DNA of 64,000 nucleotides from the NCBI GenBank assembly GCA_963674595.2, contig CAXXFV010000023.1, positions 736,001 through 800,000 of the forward strand, in the 5' to 3' direction. Positions 59,931 through 64,000 of the stretch are shown one piece after another (position 1 is the stretch's first letter; each line of letters begins with the position of its first letter). Both the position numbers and the translations under genes were made by a program. The notes under the pieces are model-generated. The model worked only from the letters and a program-made list of their open reading frames with translations, had not been told where the DNA came from and did no database searches. This stretch comes from a bacterium (lineage in GTDB: Bacteria > Zhuqueibacterota > Zhuqueibacteria > Residuimicrobiales > Krinioviventaceae).

Positions 59931-60284
59931 CCGGGACATTTTCCCGGGAGTTTAGTTCCAGCCCGCGTTCCTCACCGGTTTACGTATCAAGTAGGTGGGG
60001 ACGCCCCTTTGCTCTTCGAGCTGTGGAGGACAGGGCCGGCCCGACAGGGTTCATTAAAACCAAGGCCGCAGCTGCAGTCAGACGATGAGAGATGCGGGCT
60101 GGAGCACTCAGCTTTATCAGACTTCCTGTGATACTATTAAAAAGAAAATCCATCAAAAATATTAACACTCTTTATAAAGTGCCTGTTAATGTATAATTAA
60201 CGGAAAATTATACAAATATATATACGCATTGAAGGGGAAAGCTCGACCTTGGGCTCCCCTTTTGTTTCCGGTTGAAGTTACCTG

Positions 60285-60998
60285 ATGAATAAAAATAGAA
60301 AATTAACAATTTTTTTTCTGTTTCAGACCTGTTTTTTTCTTACCCTGATACTCTGCATGTCAGAAAGTATTGAAACACCGTTTAAGGACTGGTCAAAAGA
60401 GTACTCCTTAAGCATCCTGAACGAATCCTCCTGGTCGCAGCATAAAACCTATATCCGCCAGTTAAGGGGAATGGGCAGCGGCATCCAGGGCGAAAAGGAA
60501 ATTTACAACACCTATTTTGTCCGCTTTCTTTCCGCCCAGCCGATCCGGAAAGCTTTCGCAAGGATTAAGGAACTCCACATAGATTATGACGAGATGAGTG
60601 AAGGCGAAAAAGTGGATTTTGACAACGAGAACCAGAAATCCGCGGACCTCGAACTGAAAGACTGGATTGTTGTTTCAGTGGCATTCCGGTCAAATGTGCC
60701 CAGGGAAGAATCCGCAGTGGACCAGTTCCTGATGAGCCAGACAACGGAAACCGTAAAAAACCGGGTTTACTTGTCGACCAAAAAATTCCCGCGGCTGGAA
60801 ATCACCGAATATATAGCACCATCCGAAAAAATTGTCGGTGCCAAATTTATTTTCCCCAGGACCAAGGACGGTCAGGAAATCGTAACTGCTGAAGATGATA
60901 AAATCACCTTCGAATTCAACGCGCCTGGATCGGACCCTCTTCTCCGCGCAACCTTTGATGTTAAAAAAATGATCCAGGGAGGGGAACTGGTAATATGA
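60285..60998 (+). CDS. Secreted hypothetical protein, translationally coupled to the TonB-type receptor
   Basis: 237-aa ORF with N-terminal hydrophobic segment; 4-bp overlap with the next gene. Confidence 0.7.
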   Translation: MNKNRKLTIFFLFQTCFFLTLILCMSESIETPFKDWSKEYSLSILNESSWSQHKTYIRQLRGMGSGIQGEKEIYNTYFVRFLSAQPIRKAFARIKELHIDYDEMSEGEKVDFDNENQKSADLELKDWIVVSVAFRSNVPREESAVDQFLMSQTTETVKNRVYLSTKKFPRLEITEYIAPSEKIVGAKFIFPRTKDGQEIVTAEDDKITFEFNAPGSDPLLRATFDVKKMIQGGELVI

Positions 60999-63853
60999 TC
61001 CGCCTGAGAAAATCAGTTTTTATTGGACTGATTCTCCTTTTTGCATATGTAGGGTTTCTGCAGGCCGGCACTGTATCCGGAGTAGTGCGAAATTCAGCTG
61101 GGATATTGCTGGCTAACCAGAAAATCATTTTTTCCGGTGGAGAAACTCTTGGCGATAAGATTATTCTTTCCGACCTGGAAGGGCGTTTCAGAATTGAACT
61201 TAATGCCGGAACATACCGGGTTTACCATCTTCTGGGGGAAGAGCGGGTTTACCTGGAAGAACTTACGGTGTCAGATACTGAAGAGATCAAGCTGGAACCG
61301 ATTGTCGAGGAATACACCGATAAAACACTGGATGCGATAAGAGAATTCAGGGTCGGTTACAGCACACTCAACAGCGATGCCTATCAAAATCTGGCTGAAA
61401 TGATCAACCCTTTTCCTGACAAGGGGAAGGGATGGCTATATGGATCATTATACGAATTCCACCGAAATGATAATTTCGACGCCAGGAATTTCTTTGACCC
61501 AGTGGGAGAGCCCCTTCCGGAATACAAAAGGAACCAGTTCGGCGTTACCGTAGGGGTGATACTTAGTCCGCACCTGACATTGCAGGGAGATTTTGACGGG
61601 CTCCGCATCATCCAGGGATCCACTGCGGTATCGCACGTGCCGACCAGCCTGATGAGAACCGGGGATTTCAGTGAACTGGAAGTTGACATCATTGATCCTT
61701 TCACTGGGAATCCTTTCCCCGGAAACAAGCTGCCCCTGGACCGTATGCATCCTGTCGCGCTCAAGGTACTGGAAGTAATCCCTACTCCAAATCTTGCCGA
61801 TTTTGACCGCAATTTTGTCAATAATGACCCTTTTATCAACTATCAGGATAACTGGTCCACCCGCATGGACTATACAGCTGAAGACAACTCCAAACTGATT
61901 GTGAACTACAGCTTTACCGACAGGGACCGCAACCAGGTAGGCTCCCTGCCGGCTTTCACTTCCAAAAGGACTGAACGTTACCAGGATTTCTCCGTGTCAT
62001 TTAACAAGACTCTTTCGGAAAGGCTGGTTTCCTATACCCGTCTTTCCTTTAACCGAAGCCTCTCCTATGGCCTGTCCCCAAATTCAGGAAATGCCGGGCT
62101 CCTCGCTTCGCTGGGTATCAGCGGACTGGTTCTTGATGACCCACTGGAAGAGGGCTATCCCGACTTTGAGCTTTCCGGTTACGCCGACCCCGGAGACGGC
62201 AACAATCCCAGCACTGCTGTCCGGAACCGTCTGGAACTGGACCTGTCTTTCACCTATGCCATCAATAATCATTCAATCCAGATGGGGACAGAAATCGGGG
62301 GAAACCAGCTCAATAATTACAGGTCAGGAAGCATGCACCGGGGGAGTTTTGATTTTTCAGGGGAATATTCAGGCGACGCATTTGCCGATTATCTCCTTGG
62401 ATTTCCTAATACTGCTTCATTAGGAATAGGTACTGACCGTGCCGATCTCAGGCGGAAATACTGGGAAGTATTCATCCGTGAATCCTGGAAAATCCATCCG
62501 AAATTCGACCTTTCCATGGGCCTGACCTACAGTTTTCAGCAGCCTTATCATTCCATCACCGACAATGTGTCGTCCTTCTATCCGATGCTTTTTGAACCGC
62601 CAACAGATGGAGAAATAATCACCTACGGAACTGTCCGCTCCAGGATTCTGGGTTTTGCCGGGGTCCAGGACGGATCACTTATCTTTCCGGATAAAAATAA
62701 CTGGGCGCCCAGTATCTCTTTCGCTTACAGCCCCCTGGGAAGCAATCAACTGGTTATAAGGAGTACCTATTCCCTGTTTTATGATCCCCCGGATGAAAGA
62801 GATTACTCAAGAAGGCTTACCAGGAACTATCCTTTCTTCTACTATAAGACCGCGGAAAGCCTGCAGGATAAGCCTTCCATTGATCTCGCAAATCCGTTTA
62901 CCGGAGCAACGCCGCCTGAAATTTCAATCCAGGGTATTGCGCCTCATTTTGCCCACCCTTACTTCCATTACTGGAGGGTTGAGGCCCAGAATGAAATTGC
63001 GCCCAACTGGAACATAGAAGCTTCCTACGCCGGGCGTAGGGGAGTTCATACCAGCCGGACCATCCCAGCCAATGTACCGCTTCCCGGCGAAGGCGATATC
63101 CAGGCAAGAAGGCCTAATCCTCTCTATGGCAAATTTTCAATTTTTGATGATGGAGGCAGTTATTCATCCAACGAATTCCGGCTATCCCTCAACAAAAGGT
63201 TCTCTAAAGGTTTTTCCATTAATTCGGGTTGGATCTGGAATAAAACCATGACCAATTATCACTATGGGGAACCCAATAATCCCAGGAATCTTGCCGCCGA
63301 AAACGGCCCCACGTCATGGTCACCCGAAAAACGCTTTTACCTGAGATATATCATAGATATCCCCGCGCATTTCATTTTCCCCTGGAGAACTAATGCCAGT
63401 TTTTACAAATGGATCCTGGACGGATGGAGGCTTTCCGGTATAACCGATATCACCGATGGCCGTCCATTTACGGTTGTAGTAGATTCAGATCCGAACAACG
63501 ACGGTGTTTATGGAGACCGTCCCGACAGGATAGGATCAGGGGAATTATCTTCTCCCAACGTGGACCAGTGGTTCAACACCGCTGACTTTGCAGCTGCAGC
63601 ACCCTATTCATTCGGTAATTCCGGGCGCGGCATATTGAAGGGGCCGGGACACCAGACCTGGGACATCAGTGTTATTAAGCAGACAAGGCTCAACCAGGGA
63701 GATATGGTTGAATTGAGGATCGCCCTGTTTAATGCTTTTAACAATGTCAACCTGGACAATCCCAACGCTACTTTCGGCAATGACTCCTTCGGCACTATAT
63801 TCGGCGCGGACAGGGCCCGGGAAATAGAAGTGGCCCTGAAGTACTCATTTTAA
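60995..63853 (+). CDS. Oar-like TonB-dependent receptor with N-terminal carboxypeptidase-regulatory-like domain; plug apparently truncated
   Basis: GSLYEFHRNDNFDARNFF, KRNQFG, DKNNWAP, FGNSGRGILKGPG, FNAFNNVN, C-terminal ALKYSF. Confidence 0.85.
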   Translation: MIRLRKSVFIGLILLFAYVGFLQAGTVSGVVRNSAGILLANQKIIFSGGETLGDKIILSDLEGRFRIELNAGTYRVYHLLGEERVYLEELTVSDTEEIKLEPIVEEYTDKTLDAIREFRVGYSTLNSDAYQNLAEMINPFPDKGKGWLYGSLYEFHRNDNFDARNFFDPVGEPLPEYKRNQFGVTVGVILSPHLTLQGDFDGLRIIQGSTAVSHVPTSLMRTGDFSELEVDIIDPFTGNPFPGNKLPLDRMHPVALKVLEVIPTPNLADFDRNFVNNDPFINYQDNWSTRMDYTAEDNSKLIVNYSFTDRDRNQVGSLPAFTSKRTERYQDFSVSFNKTLSERLVSYTRLSFNRSLSYGLSPNSGNAGLLASLGISGLVLDDPLEEGYPDFELSGYADPGDGNNPSTAVRNRLELDLSFTYAINNHSIQMGTEIGGNQLNNYRSGSMHRGSFDFSGEYSGDAFADYLLGFPNTASLGIGTDRADLRRKYWEVFIRESWKIHPKFDLSMGLTYSFQQPYHSITDNVSSFYPMLFEPPTDGEIITYGTVRSRILGFAGVQDGSLIFPDKNNWAPSISFAYSPLGSNQLVIRSTYSLFYDPPDERDYSRRLTRNYPFFYYKTAESLQDKPSIDLANPFTGATPPEISIQGIAPHFAHPYFHYWRVEAQNEIAPNWNIEASYAGRRGVHTSRTIPANVPLPGEGDIQARRPNPLYGKFSIFDDGGSYSSNEFRLSLNKRFSKGFSINSGWIWNKTMTNYHYGEPNNPRNLAAENGPTSWSPEKRFYLRYIIDIPAHFIFPWRTNASFYKWILDGWRLSGITDITDGRPFTVVVDSDPNNDGVYGDRPDRIGSGELSSPNVDQWFNTADFAAAAPYSFGNSGRGILKGPGHQTWDISVIKQTRLNQGDMVELRIALFNAFNNVNLDNPNATFGNDSFGTIFGADRAREIEVALKYSF

Positions 63854-63856
63854 ATA

Positions 63857-64000
63857 GTTGCGGGTTGCGGGTTGCGGGTCGCGCGTGACAGGGGGCAGGT
63901 AGCAAGTAGCGATCAAATTCCCGGGATCACAATACACCAACTCGTTGTCGCTATCGTTGTCAGCAAAGCGGTTATCGTTGTCGTAATCGGAACCGAAACC
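63857..64000. repeat. (GTTGCGG)3 heptamer array plus ATCGTTGTC-type repeats
   Basis: gttgcgggttgcgggttgcgggtcgcg starting 3 nt after the stop; cgttgtcgctatcgttgtc...atcgttgtcgtaatcg at 63943-63989. Confidence 0.75.

Noticed and set aside
602-63795. Numerous short antisense or alternative-frame ORFs in the track
   Set aside because: They overlap well-supported genes and show no motifs; treated as shadow ORFs, except the folD fragments.

Overview
A 64-kb bacterial chromosomal segment of moderate GC, using genetic code 11. It is probably from an anaerobic Acidobacteriota-like organism; this is inferred from the Oar-type TonB-dependent receptor, the many Tat-exported Gfo/Idh/MocA oxidoreductases and sulfatases, and nrfHA. 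Housekeeping genes include topA, dprA, hom, asnS, a frameshifted folD, coaD, rsmD, recG and ribA. Other loci are a namZ-CYTH-murU-amgK peptidoglycan-salvage operon, a surface-glycan cluster and assorted accessory genes. Main observations: (1) a YidD-family gene whose second conserved Cys codon is an in-frame TGA followed by a SECIS-like hairpin, a candidate new selenoprotein; (2) an ECF sigma / zinc-finger-TPR anti-sigma / exported CHAT protease module lying between coaD and rsmD; (3) several families of oriented 7-mer and 9-mer tandem arrays next to stop codons; (4) a ~195-bp IS-derived MITE-like element; (5) NrfA with CXXCH at heme 1; (6) an apparently plug-less Oar-like receptor. No rRNA, tRNA, CRISPR array or intact transposase was recognised. 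All calls are by eye, with no database search.
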